Source: an uncultured Acidobacteriota bacterium (GTDB lineage Bacteria > Acidobacteriota > Vicinamibacteria > Vicinamibacterales > UBA2999). From it: DNA of 64,000 nucleotides. The translations under genes and the position numbers were made by a program. Positions 44,664-52,476 of the stretch are shown piece by piece; the stretch's first letter is position 1, and each line of letters begins with the position of its first letter. The notes under the pieces are model-generated. The model searched no databases, had not been told where the DNA came from, and saw only the letters and a list, made by a program, of their open reading frames with translations. Location of the stretch: contig CAVTIA010000013.1 of assembly GCA_963734635.1 (NCBI GenBank), positions 14,649 to 78,648 of the forward strand. The letters run 5' to 3'.

Positions 44664-45440
44664 TCAGAAGATGTGTGCGGTCGGTATCGGCCACCAGCGC
44701 AGCTGTACTTTCCCGATGATGTATTTCTTCGGAACAAAGCCCCAATGCCGGCTGTCTGAGCTGTTGTTCCGGTGATCGCCCATCACGAAGTAGTACCCCT
44801 CGGGAACGACCGACGGCCCGAAATCGTCATGGCTGCGGTATTCGGGAGGCACGAAGTCATCCTGCATCGGAACGTCATTGACGAATACGCGGCCGTCCAC
44901 GATGCGTACCTGGTCACCTTCTTCGCCGATGACGCGCTTGACGAACGACTTGTCGGGATTGAGCGGGTAATAGAGCATGACGATATCGCCGCGGCGCGGA
45001 ACCCCCCACCGATACGTCAACTTGTTCACGATCAGCCGGTCCTGGTCTGCAAGCGTCGGCGCCATGCTCTGGCCCTCGACCCGGGCAACCTGAAAGCCGA
45101 ACGTGACGATCAACGTGGCGTACACAGCGGCTGACGCGAGCGTCTTGACCCAGGCGACGGCCTCGTCCTTCCAGACGTTGAGCCGGTGGAGGATGGCTGC
45201 AGAACGGTCCTCGACCACCAGATGGACGTCCGGCTCAGCGGACGCCTCCGTTGCAATCACGTGCAGCGGTTCTGGGAGGGTGAAGGGCGCCTGATCGGTC
45301 GCCGCGGGGATTCCCTCGAATAGGGGTGGCTGCGTCAGAGCTTCAGGTACTCCCGAAGCCGCTTGGTCTGGGTGCGGCTGACCGGGATCTCCGTGCCCTT
45401 CGCGTCCTTCATCCGAAGGATGTAGTTCCTGCTGAACCAA
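44664..45440 (-). CDS. lepB: signal peptidase I
   Basis: GQSMAPTL, RGDIVML, and GDHRNNSSDSRHWGFV. The ORF-track start overlaps the upstream gene by 106 nt; GTG at 45260 is a likelier start. Confidence 0.85.
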   Translation of the reverse strand: MVQQELHPSDEGREGHGDPGQPHPDQAASGVPEALTQPPLFEGIPAATDQAPFTLPEPLHVIATEASAEPDVHLVVEDRSAAILHRLNVWKDEAVAWVKTLASAAVYATLIVTFGFQVARVEGQSMAPTLADQDRLIVNKLTYRWGVPRRGDIVMLYYPLNPDKSFVKRVIGEEGDQVRIVDGRVFVNDVPMQDDFVPPEYRSHDDFGPSVVPEGYYFVMGDHRNNSSDSRHWGFVPKKYIIGKVQLRWWPIPTAHIF

Positions 45441-46123
45441 GGGACTATCTCCTTGATCTTGTTGATGTTGACGAGGTGCGACCGATGGACGCGCCAGAAC
45501 ACCTCTGGGTCCAGACGCGCCTGCAGCTCGTCCAACGTTCGATAGTTGGACGTCCCCGTCACTTGCCCCGTAACTATGTTAATCGACTCATCGGCCAGCG
45601 ACGCATAGATGATCTCTTCGGCCTGCACCAGCAAGAATCGTTCGCCGACCTTGACAGCCACCTGATCTCGTCGTCGGCTCGCCATCATCTTTACGAGCCG
45701 CTCGAGCTGATCGTTGACCGGGTCCGGGCGTTCCTGGCTCAGCCGTCGGCGGGCACGACTCACTGCCTGCTCCAGACGGGCACGGTCGACCGGCTTCAGG
45801 AGGTAATCGACCGCGTTCACCTCGAACGCCTCCACGGCGTGGTGATCGAAGGCTGTGACGAAGACAAGCGCAGGTGTGTCATCCTCGCGTTCGAGAAGCT
45901 GCCGGGCGACCTCGAACCCGTTCAGTCCTGGCATCTGGATATCGAGAAAGAGCAAATCGGGTCCAAAGCGATCAACCGCAGCCAACGCCTCGACGCCGTT
46001 GGCGGCCTGCGCGACGACCTCTACATCACCGAGCTGCTCGAGCTGGTAGCACAACTCGTCGCGCGCCGGCTGCTCGTCGTCAACCACCAATACTTTTATT
46101 GGCGTGTTTGTCTCGGCGCTCAT
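45335..46123 (-). CDS. LytTR-family response regulator
   Basis: ATG 46123. IKVLVVDDEQPARDEL...LLFLDIQMPG (REC). The C-terminal LytTR domain contains FWRVHRSHLVN. Confidence 0.85.
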   Translation of the reverse strand: MSAETNTPIKVLVVDDEQPARDELCYQLEQLGDVEVVAQAANGVEALAAVDRFGPDLLFLDIQMPGLNGFEVARQLLEREDDTPALVFVTAFDHHAVEAFEVNAVDYLLKPVDRARLEQAVSRARRRLSQERPDPVNDQLERLVKMMASRRRDQVAVKVGERFLLVQAEEIIYASLADESINIVTGQVTGTSNYRTLDELQARLDPEVFWRVHRSHLVNINKIKEIVPWFSRNYILRMKDAKGTEIPVSRTQTKRLREYLKL

Positions 46124-46148
46124 GCGCGGCTCCGCCAGACCCGCCCCC

Positions 46149-46193
46149 AATCCGTAAATCCGTAAATTCGTAAATCCGCAAATTCGTAATCGT
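46149..46193 (-). repeat. 5.6 tandem octamers AATCCGTA/AATTCGTA/AATCCGCA between HK stop and RR start
   Basis: Read directly. In the sense (minus) orientation the units are TACGAATT TGCGGATT TACGAATT TACGGATT TACGGATT. Confidence 0.9.
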
Positions 46194-46196
46194 TGG

Positions 46197-47528
46197 TCAT
46201 GCCGTGATCTGGTCAACCGCCGCGAGCTCTGGAATCTCGATGCGAACGCGCGTGCCGCGGCCAGGCTGACTCGTCAGCGTGAATTGGGACGTCGCTCCGT
46301 AGATGACGCGAAGGCGCTCACGCACATTCGCGAGTCCGATGCCGCTCGACATCGGCTGATCCAGCCTGTCGGGCAGAAAGCCCATTCCGTCGTCTTCGAC
46401 TTCGAGAACGGCACGTCCGCCCTCACGCCAGCTGCGGATCACAATCGACCCTGGACCGATCTTGCGCGCCAGACCGTGCTTGATGGAGTTTTCGACGAGC
46501 GGCTGCAGAATCATGCTCGGAACGACGAGCTCTACCGTGTCCGCGCTGATCTCCTTGCGAACACCAAGCTTCGACCCGAACCGTACGACTTCGATGTCGA
46601 GGTATTCGTCGATCGCTTCCAGTTCTTCCCGCAGCGTGACGAAGTGCTGGTGGCTGCGAATGAGCCGACGCAGGAGTCCGGACAGCTTGATGATCAGCAT
46701 CCGCGCGGTTTCAGGCTCCGACCGGATGAAGGACGAAATCGATGCCAGCGTGTTGAACAGAAAGTGTGGATTGATCTGACTCTTCAGCGCTTCGATCTTT
46801 GCCGCCATCAGCAGCTTTTCCTGCTCTTGGAGTCGATGTTCGATGCGCGCACTGTTCCAGATCTTGATGGGTGTGGCGACGGCAAGCACCGTCGCAAGCA
46901 CGACCAGCGCTGTCATCCACATCGATGGCGAGCTGAGGAAGAACAAACGCTGAGCGCCGAACCGGAGACCGAATGCCTGCCGAAGCAACTCGAGCGCGAC
47001 AGGGGCGGTGAGTAGAACGAGCTGCCAGTTCGGCTCGAGCCGACGCACGATCTGCCACAGGTGTTTGCGTAGATCGACGAAGATGAACGGCGTGAATTGC
47101 CAGATCGCTTCCTTGGGACACACTTCGCGAATGCCGCCGCCCGCGAATGCAGAGCCGACCGCAAACGGCAGTGCGATGAGTTCCCCGGCGAACAGTGCCG
47201 GAATCGCGACGAGCACACCAACCGTCGCGCCTGCATATGGCCCCGCGATCAGCCCTGCGAGAAAGGCACCCTCCAGAGTCAGGTCGGTTGCCTTGTAATT
47301 CAGCAGTAATCGGGCCGTCACCCCCGCCATCAACGGCAAGCCAAGCGCCAGTGCGAAGACCAGACGATCGGTCCAGACGCGCCGTTCGAAGATCAGAATG
47401 TGCCTGAATCGGCGGAACCTGGCGAGCATGGTCGCGAGGACTGCCATGACCGCCAGCTTGACGATCAGCGTCGTCAGCAGCGACTGATCGGCGGAGAGGA
47501 AGATCGGGGCTTCGAGCACCGAAGCCAT
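46197..47528 (-). CDS. LytS-type sensor histidine kinase (multi-TM sensor)
   Basis: QINPHFLFNTLASISSFI (His_kinase) and an HATPase_c C-terminus (DDGMGF, GIGLANVRERL). Confidence 0.85.
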   Translation of the reverse strand: MASVLEAPIFLSADQSLLTTLIVKLAVMAVLATMLARFRRFRHILIFERRVWTDRLVFALALGLPLMAGVTARLLLNYKATDLTLEGAFLAGLIAGPYAGATVGVLVAIPALFAGELIALPFAVGSAFAGGGIREVCPKEAIWQFTPFIFVDLRKHLWQIVRRLEPNWQLVLLTAPVALELLRQAFGLRFGAQRLFFLSSPSMWMTALVVLATVLAVATPIKIWNSARIEHRLQEQEKLLMAAKIEALKSQINPHFLFNTLASISSFIRSEPETARMLIIKLSGLLRRLIRSHQHFVTLREELEAIDEYLDIEVVRFGSKLGVRKEISADTVELVVPSMILQPLVENSIKHGLARKIGPGSIVIRSWREGGRAVLEVEDDGMGFLPDRLDQPMSSGIGLANVRERLRVIYGATSQFTLTSQPGRGTRVRIEIPELAAVDQITA

Positions 47529-47561
47529 TGTAAAGTAGGCACTTCGTTTTATGATGACCAT

Positions 47562-48005
47562 ATGATTCGACCGTTGCTCGTCGGGCTTGCCACCACCTTC
47601 AAGCACATGTTCAAGAAGAAGGTTGCGGTGAACTATCCGGATGAAAAGATTCCGATGTTCCCGAAGTACCGCGGCAAGCAGGTGTTGACGCGCGACGAAA
47701 ACGGGCTAGAAAAGTGTGTCGCGTGCGGACTCTGCGCCGTCGCGTGCCCGGCGGATGCCATTTACCTCGAGGCGGCCGAAAACGACGGCAGTGTCATGGC
47801 TGGTCCCCGGTACGCGAGCGTGTATCAGATCCACAAAACTCGCTGCATCTTCTGCGGCTATTGCGAAGAAGCGTGTCCGGTGTCGGCGATTTTCATGGGC
47901 AAGGATTACGAGCTCGCCGTCTACAGCAAGGACGACTTCATCTGGGACAAAGAGGACCTGCTCGTCCCGCTCACGGCTCGGCCGGAGTCGTCTACGAGTC
48001 TCTAG
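47562..48005 (+). CDS. nuoI: NuoI-like 2x[4Fe-4S] ferredoxin subunit (NADH-quinone oxidoreductase subunit I), not next to other nuo genes
   Basis: ATG 47562. YPDEKIPMFPKYRGK, CVACGLCAVACP and CIFCGYCEEACP. Confidence 0.8.
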   Translation: MIRPLLVGLATTFKHMFKKKVAVNYPDEKIPMFPKYRGKQVLTRDENGLEKCVACGLCAVACPADAIYLEAAENDGSVMAGPRYASVYQIHKTRCIFCGYCEEACPVSAIFMGKDYELAVYSKDDFIWDKEDLLVPLTARPESSTSL

Positions 48006-48071
48006 TCTTTCGTCTTTAGTCTTTGGTCGGTCCTCGGACTAGAGACCAAAGACCAAAGACCAAAGACCAAA
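48001..48071 (+). repeat. heptamer-built long hairpin: (N)GTCTTT x3 facing GACCAAA x4
   Basis: Left arm 48001-48028 pairs with right arm 48044-48071. Mismatches fall mainly at the variable 7th heptamer position, plus one at the stem base. The 15-nt centre contains a GGTCC/GGACT mini-hairpin. Covers the nuoI stop TAG (48003-48005). Confidence 0.85.
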
Positions 48072-48088
48072 GGACCATACCCTCCGCA

Positions 48089-48763
48089 ATGCTGATCGGC
48101 GCCATCGCCGACATTCATGGCAATTTCGACGCAATGCGACGCGCCATGACGAGGCATGCGGATGTGCCGTGGTGGGTGTGCGTTGGCGATGTCGCCAGCA
48201 GCACCGGCGCCTACCCCGAGCCGCCGGCTCCGTTGTACTGGATCAAAGGCAACAACGAAGAGTTCGATCGGATTGCCGACTGGGACGCGGGCCGCGACGC
48301 GCCGCTGAATCTTTTCTACATCAGGAACGGCACTGCCGTGCGCGTCGGTCCACTTCTTGTCGCAGGTGTGGGCGGCACGTACGCTCCGAAGTGGTACGAC
48401 ACTCCGGCGGCACAACTGCCGCACACGCCGAAGGATGACAAACGCCGCCACTTTGTGCGCGAGGAGATCGAGGCCTGCAAACGGCTGCACGGCGTCGACA
48501 TTCTCATGACGCATGAAGCGCCGCGTCCATTCATCGTCAGCGCGGATGGCGATTCCGGTCCGGCGAAGCGGTGGGACGCGGGCAAGCGGCCGATCAACGA
48601 GCTGCTCGCGACCGTGAGGCCGCGACTGCACTTGTGCGGACACCATCACCGATTCGCGGAGACCGATCGCGAGGGAGTGCGGTCGGTCTGCATCGACCGG
48701 ATCAACCGGTCCTATCTGCTCATCGACGCCTCCACGGTCACATACCAGAAGATTGAGCAATGA
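48089..48763 (+). CDS. metallophosphoesterase family protein
   Basis: ATG 48089. IADIHGN, VCVGDV, KGNNE and LCGHHH. Confidence 0.75.
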   Translation: MLIGAIADIHGNFDAMRRAMTRHADVPWWVCVGDVASSTGAYPEPPAPLYWIKGNNEEFDRIADWDAGRDAPLNLFYIRNGTAVRVGPLLVAGVGGTYAPKWYDTPAAQLPHTPKDDKRRHFVREEIEACKRLHGVDILMTHEAPRPFIVSADGDSGPAKRWDAGKRPINELLATVRPRLHLCGHHHRFAETDREGVRSVCIDRINRSYLLIDASTVTYQKIEQ

Positions 48764-48790
48764 GATAATGACTTCGTCGTTTCTTTCCGT

Positions 48791-50653
48791 ATGAAGCCAT
48801 TTCTCGAGGCGATCGACGAACGTGTGCTCGTCTGCGACGGCGCAATGGGCACGATGCTGTACGCCAAGGGTGTCTTCATCAATCGGTGTTTCGACGCACT
48901 GAATCTCACCGAGCCTGCCCGCGTCGTGGAAGTGCATCAGGAATACGTACGCGCCGGCGCGGATGTGGTCGAGACGAACACATTCGGGGCCAACCGGATC
49001 AAGCTGCGAGGGTTCGGCCTCGCCGATCGGCTGCGCGACATCAACGTCGAAGGCGCTCGCCTTGCCCGGGAGGTGGCGAGCGGGCGCGGGTATGTCGCGG
49101 GCGCGATTGGGCCGCTGGGGATCCGAATCGAGCCGTGGGGAAAGACCGGCAAAGACGAAGCGGAAGCATTTTTTCGCGAGCAGGCCGAAGCCCTGCTGGC
49201 CGGCGGGGTTGATCTCTTCGTTCTCGAGACATTCCGCGATCTCGACGAGATTCGAGCGGCAATCGCGGCCATCCGGAGCATTTGTACTCTGCCGGTCGTC
49301 GCACAGATGACGATCGAGGAAGACGGCAATACTCTCGATGGCACCCCGCCCGAACGGTTCGCGCCGGCGCTCGAGCCGCACGCCGACATCGTGGGCGTGA
49401 ACTGCAGCATCGGGCCCGCACCGATGCTCGAAACCATCGAGCGGATGGCAGGAGTCACGCGCGCCAGACTCTCGGCGCAGCCGAACGCCGGCCGTCCACG
49501 AGATGTCGAAGGCCGCAATCTCTATTTGTCCTCGCCCGAATACGTCGCGTCATACGCCAGGCGATTCGTCAGTCAGGGTGTCCGGCTGGTAGGAGGCTGC
49601 TGCGGTACGACCCCGGAACACATCCGGCAGATTGCGATTGCCGTCAAGAAGCTGGCTCCGGATGTCGCGCGCGTTGCTGCGCGCGCTCGGGCGATCAGCG
49701 ATGAGCGTCCGGCGCCTGTCGAGGTGATCGCAGAGGGCGTCCCCGCAGTACCGAAAGCCGAGCGGTCATCCTTTGCCCAGGCCCTCTCACAGCGACGCTT
49801 CGTCACGATCGTACAGCTCACGCCTCCGAAGGGCGTCGTCGGCGACGTGATGATCGAATCGGCACGTGTGCTGAAAGCCCACGGCGTGGATGTGGTGCAC
49901 ATTCCAGACGGACACCGGGGCGCGCGCATGAGCGCGCTGTCGCTCGCCGTCTTGATGCAGCAGAAAGCGTCCGTGGAGGTCGTCCTTCAGTATTCATGCC
50001 GCGACAGGAATCTGCTCGGCATGCAGTCGGATTTGCTTGGCGCGCACGCGATGGGTGTACGCAATCTGATGATCGTCACCGGCGATGCCCGGATGGTCGG
50101 TGATTACCCTGACGCGACGGCGGTGTTCGACGTCGACTCGATTGGCCTCACCAACGTTGTCTCCAGGCTCAACCACGGCCTCGACATTGGTGGTCAGGCG
50201 ATCGGAAGTCCGACCGCGTTTCACGTTGGTGTGCAGGTCAACCCGGGTGCGGAAGATCTCGAGAGCGAGCTCCGGCGGTTCGCCTACAAGGTCGAGGCGG
50301 GGGCCGAGTTCGCGGTGACCAAGCCGGTGTTCGACATAGGCACGTTCGAGCGGTTCTTTCGGCGGATTGAATCCGCCCGGCTTCCGATCATCCTCGGCCT
50401 ATGGCCGTTTGAAAGTGTGCTGAACGCGGAATTCATGGCTAATGAGGTGCCAGGCGTTCGTGTCCCGGATGCGGTGCTCGACCGCATGCGTCGTGTGGCG
50501 TCGCCGGAAGCAGCCGCCGACGAAGGCGTTGCGATTGCTCGTGAAGTGGGCTGCGGGTTGAAGGGGATGGTGCAGGGAACGCATGTCGCGGCACCGTCGG
50601 GCCGCATCGACGCCGCCCTGGCGGTGCTCGCGGCTGTGCAGACGGCCGTCTGA
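48791..50653 (+). CDS. bifunctional homocysteine S-methyltransferase / 5,10-methylenetetrahydrofolate reductase
   Basis: N-terminal S-methyltransferase domain (VLVCDGAMGTMLY, GGCCGTTPEHI) fused to an MTHFR domain (620 aa). Confidence 0.85.
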   Translation: MKPFLEAIDERVLVCDGAMGTMLYAKGVFINRCFDALNLTEPARVVEVHQEYVRAGADVVETNTFGANRIKLRGFGLADRLRDINVEGARLAREVASGRGYVAGAIGPLGIRIEPWGKTGKDEAEAFFREQAEALLAGGVDLFVLETFRDLDEIRAAIAAIRSICTLPVVAQMTIEEDGNTLDGTPPERFAPALEPHADIVGVNCSIGPAPMLETIERMAGVTRARLSAQPNAGRPRDVEGRNLYLSSPEYVASYARRFVSQGVRLVGGCCGTTPEHIRQIAIAVKKLAPDVARVAARARAISDERPAPVEVIAEGVPAVPKAERSSFAQALSQRRFVTIVQLTPPKGVVGDVMIESARVLKAHGVDVVHIPDGHRGARMSALSLAVLMQQKASVEVVLQYSCRDRNLLGMQSDLLGAHAMGVRNLMIVTGDARMVGDYPDATAVFDVDSIGLTNVVSRLNHGLDIGGQAIGSPTAFHVGVQVNPGAEDLESELRRFAYKVEAGAEFAVTKPVFDIGTFERFFRRIESARLPIILGLWPFESVLNAEFMANEVPGVRVPDAVLDRMRRVASPEAAADEGVAIAREVGCGLKGMVQGTHVAAPSGRIDAALAVLAAVQTAV

Positions 50654-50769
50654 TTTTGAGACCGGATACCACGCAGTTGTTGTATAGTGCCGAGGCGGTC
50701 CCGACGACGCCCAGGGTCCCTTAGGTCGAAGTTCCCGATTTTCAACAGGTTACGGCTGGAGACGACCGA

Positions 50770-51456
50770 ATGCCGCTGTTCGAGCGTGAAAACGAAGAGT
50801 TCCGTTCCGACGTCCGCGGCCAGGCGCTGTCGGTCATCGCCATCGAGAACGACTTCGTCGAGGGCGTTTACGACAAGCTGGCGTCATGGTACGACCTGGT
50901 CTTCGGCCCGATTCTGCATCCGGGCCGGCTCGTCGCGCTCGAGCGAATCGGCATTGCGCCGGGTGATCGCGTGCTCGAAGTTGGAGTCGGCACCGGCATC
51001 AACGCCTCGCTCTACCCACGCCATTGCCGCGTCACCGGCATCGATTTTTCCGCGTCGATGCTCGAGAAGGCGCGCGCCCGCATGCGGCGGAAAGGCCTCT
51101 CGCACATCCGTCTGATACAGATGGACGCCGCTGCGCTGAAATTCGCTGACGACTCCTTCGACGTCGTGTATGCGCCCTACGTCGTGAACTGCGTTCCGGA
51201 TCCGGTGAAAGTCGTGCGCGAAATGCGCCGAGTGTGCAAACCGGGTGGCACGATCGCGATTCTCAACCATTTCAGGAGCCCCAATCCATTTTTGTCGCGG
51301 CTCGACCGGGCGCTGTCTCCTCTTACAGTCCATATCGGGTTCAAGTCCGACCTCGACCTTCCCGGCTTCATTGCCCAAGCCGAACTGCGACCGACGTCGA
51401 TCGAAAAGGTCAGCATGCCGCCGTTGTGGTCGCTGGTGATGTGCGGTAAGGACTGA
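50770..51456 (+). CDS. class I SAM methyltransferase, PmtA-like (phosphatidylethanolamine N-methyltransferase type), paralogue 1
   Basis: YDKLASWYDLVFG...VLEVGVGTGIN...ITGIDFSASML...PGGTIAILNHF resembles Rhodobacter-type PmtA. Confidence 0.65.
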   Translation: MPLFERENEEFRSDVRGQALSVIAIENDFVEGVYDKLASWYDLVFGPILHPGRLVALERIGIAPGDRVLEVGVGTGINASLYPRHCRVTGIDFSASMLEKARARMRRKGLSHIRLIQMDAAALKFADDSFDVVYAPYVVNCVPDPVKVVREMRRVCKPGGTIAILNHFRSPNPFLSRLDRALSPLTVHIGFKSDLDLPGFIAQAELRPTSIEKVSMPPLWSLVMCGKD

Positions 51457-51496
51457 CGCGCTTCGCACATCGCTCTCGTACGCAGTCCAACGCCTC

Positions 51497-51520
51497 CGTA
51501 GTGTCCGGCTTGAGCCGGAC
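51497..51520 (+). repeat. REP-like element (loop variant TTGA)
   Basis: cgtagtgtccggcttgagccggac lies 41 nt after the stop at 51456. Confidence 0.85.
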
Positions 51521-51577
51521 CGAGGTTACGAACCGAACTTAGCCGGGCAGGCACAGACGTTGCGCATGTGTCGTGCA

Positions 51578-52264
51578 ATGACGCTGTCTCACTTCCAGCG
51601 CGAGCACTTCGCTGCTCATCCGGGCGTCGCGAGCCGGCCGGCTATAGCCGGTGGCAATGCCTTCATCGACGCGGTCTACGCACACCTTTCGCCCGTTTAC
51701 GACGTGATTTTCGGGGCGCCGCTGCAACCCGGTCGAATTGCTGCGGTGCGACAGATGGCGATCTGTCCCGGCGACCGCGTTCTGGAAGTCGGCGCAGGCA
51801 CCGGTATCAATGTTCCACTCTATCCACAGGATTGCCACGTCACCGCGATTGACCTCTCGGCTCCGATGCTCAACCGTGCGCGGCGGCGCGTAGCCCGCCA
51901 GGGCCTTGCGCACGTCGACCTGCTCGAACAGGACGCGGCGCGGATGTCATTCCGAAATGATTCCTTCGACAGCGTGTACGCGCCGTATGTAATGAGCGTA
52001 GTGGTCGATCCGATCCGCGTGGCGCGCGAGATGCGGCGCGTGTGCCGGCCGGGCGGCCGAATCGTGATTCTCAATCACTTCCGCAGCACGAACCCGCTGC
52101 TGTCGAGGCTGGAGCGCGTGACTTCGCCGCTGACCGTCCATGTCGGCTTCAGACTGGACCTCTCGTTGACTGAAGTTCTCCGGCAGGCGGACCTGTGGCC
52201 CGCGTCGGTCGAGAGGGTGAACTTCCCGCCGATGTGGTCGCTGGTGACGTGTATCAAGCACTGA
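51578..52264 (+). CDS. class I SAM methyltransferase, PmtA-like, paralogue 2
   Basis: ATG 51578 aligns MTLSHFQREHF with MPLFERENEEF of paralogue 1. The two are collinear throughout (VLEVGAGTGIN, VTAIDLSAPML, PGGRIVILNHF). Confidence 0.65.
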   Translation: MTLSHFQREHFAAHPGVASRPAIAGGNAFIDAVYAHLSPVYDVIFGAPLQPGRIAAVRQMAICPGDRVLEVGAGTGINVPLYPQDCHVTAIDLSAPMLNRARRRVARQGLAHVDLLEQDAARMSFRNDSFDSVYAPYVMSVVVDPIRVAREMRRVCRPGGRIVILNHFRSTNPLLSRLERVTSPLTVHVGFRLDLSLTEVLRQADLWPASVERVNFPPMWSLVTCIKH

Positions 52265-52336
52265 ACGTTCAGGGCCGGAAGCCACGAGAAACATAGACAA
52301 GCGGAAATCTCATAGCGCGCGTCCGCCCGTCGAACT

Positions 52337-52363
52337 CGTAGCGCGCAGGCTTTAGCCTGCGCG
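52337..52363 (+). repeat. REP-like element, different stem (CGCGCAGGC/GCCTGCGCG, loop TTTA), doublet copy 1
   Basis: cgtag-cgcgcaggc-ttta-gcctgcgcg. Confidence 0.75.
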
Positions 52364-52389
52364 GCGAACGACAGACGATCGCGGGGCGT

Positions 52390-52415
52390 CGCGCACGCTG
52401 AAGCGTGCGCGCTAC
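52390..52415 (-). repeat. REP-like element, stem CGCGCACGC/GCGTGCGCG, loop TTCA, doublet copy 2 (inverted)
   Basis: The minus strand reads gtag-cgcgcacgc-ttca-gcgtgcgcg. Confidence 0.75.
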
Positions 52416-52476
52416 AAGTACAAACGCGAAGCGACCGGCCAAGAGGTCCCGGACACTGCGTACGGTGGCTGGAAAG

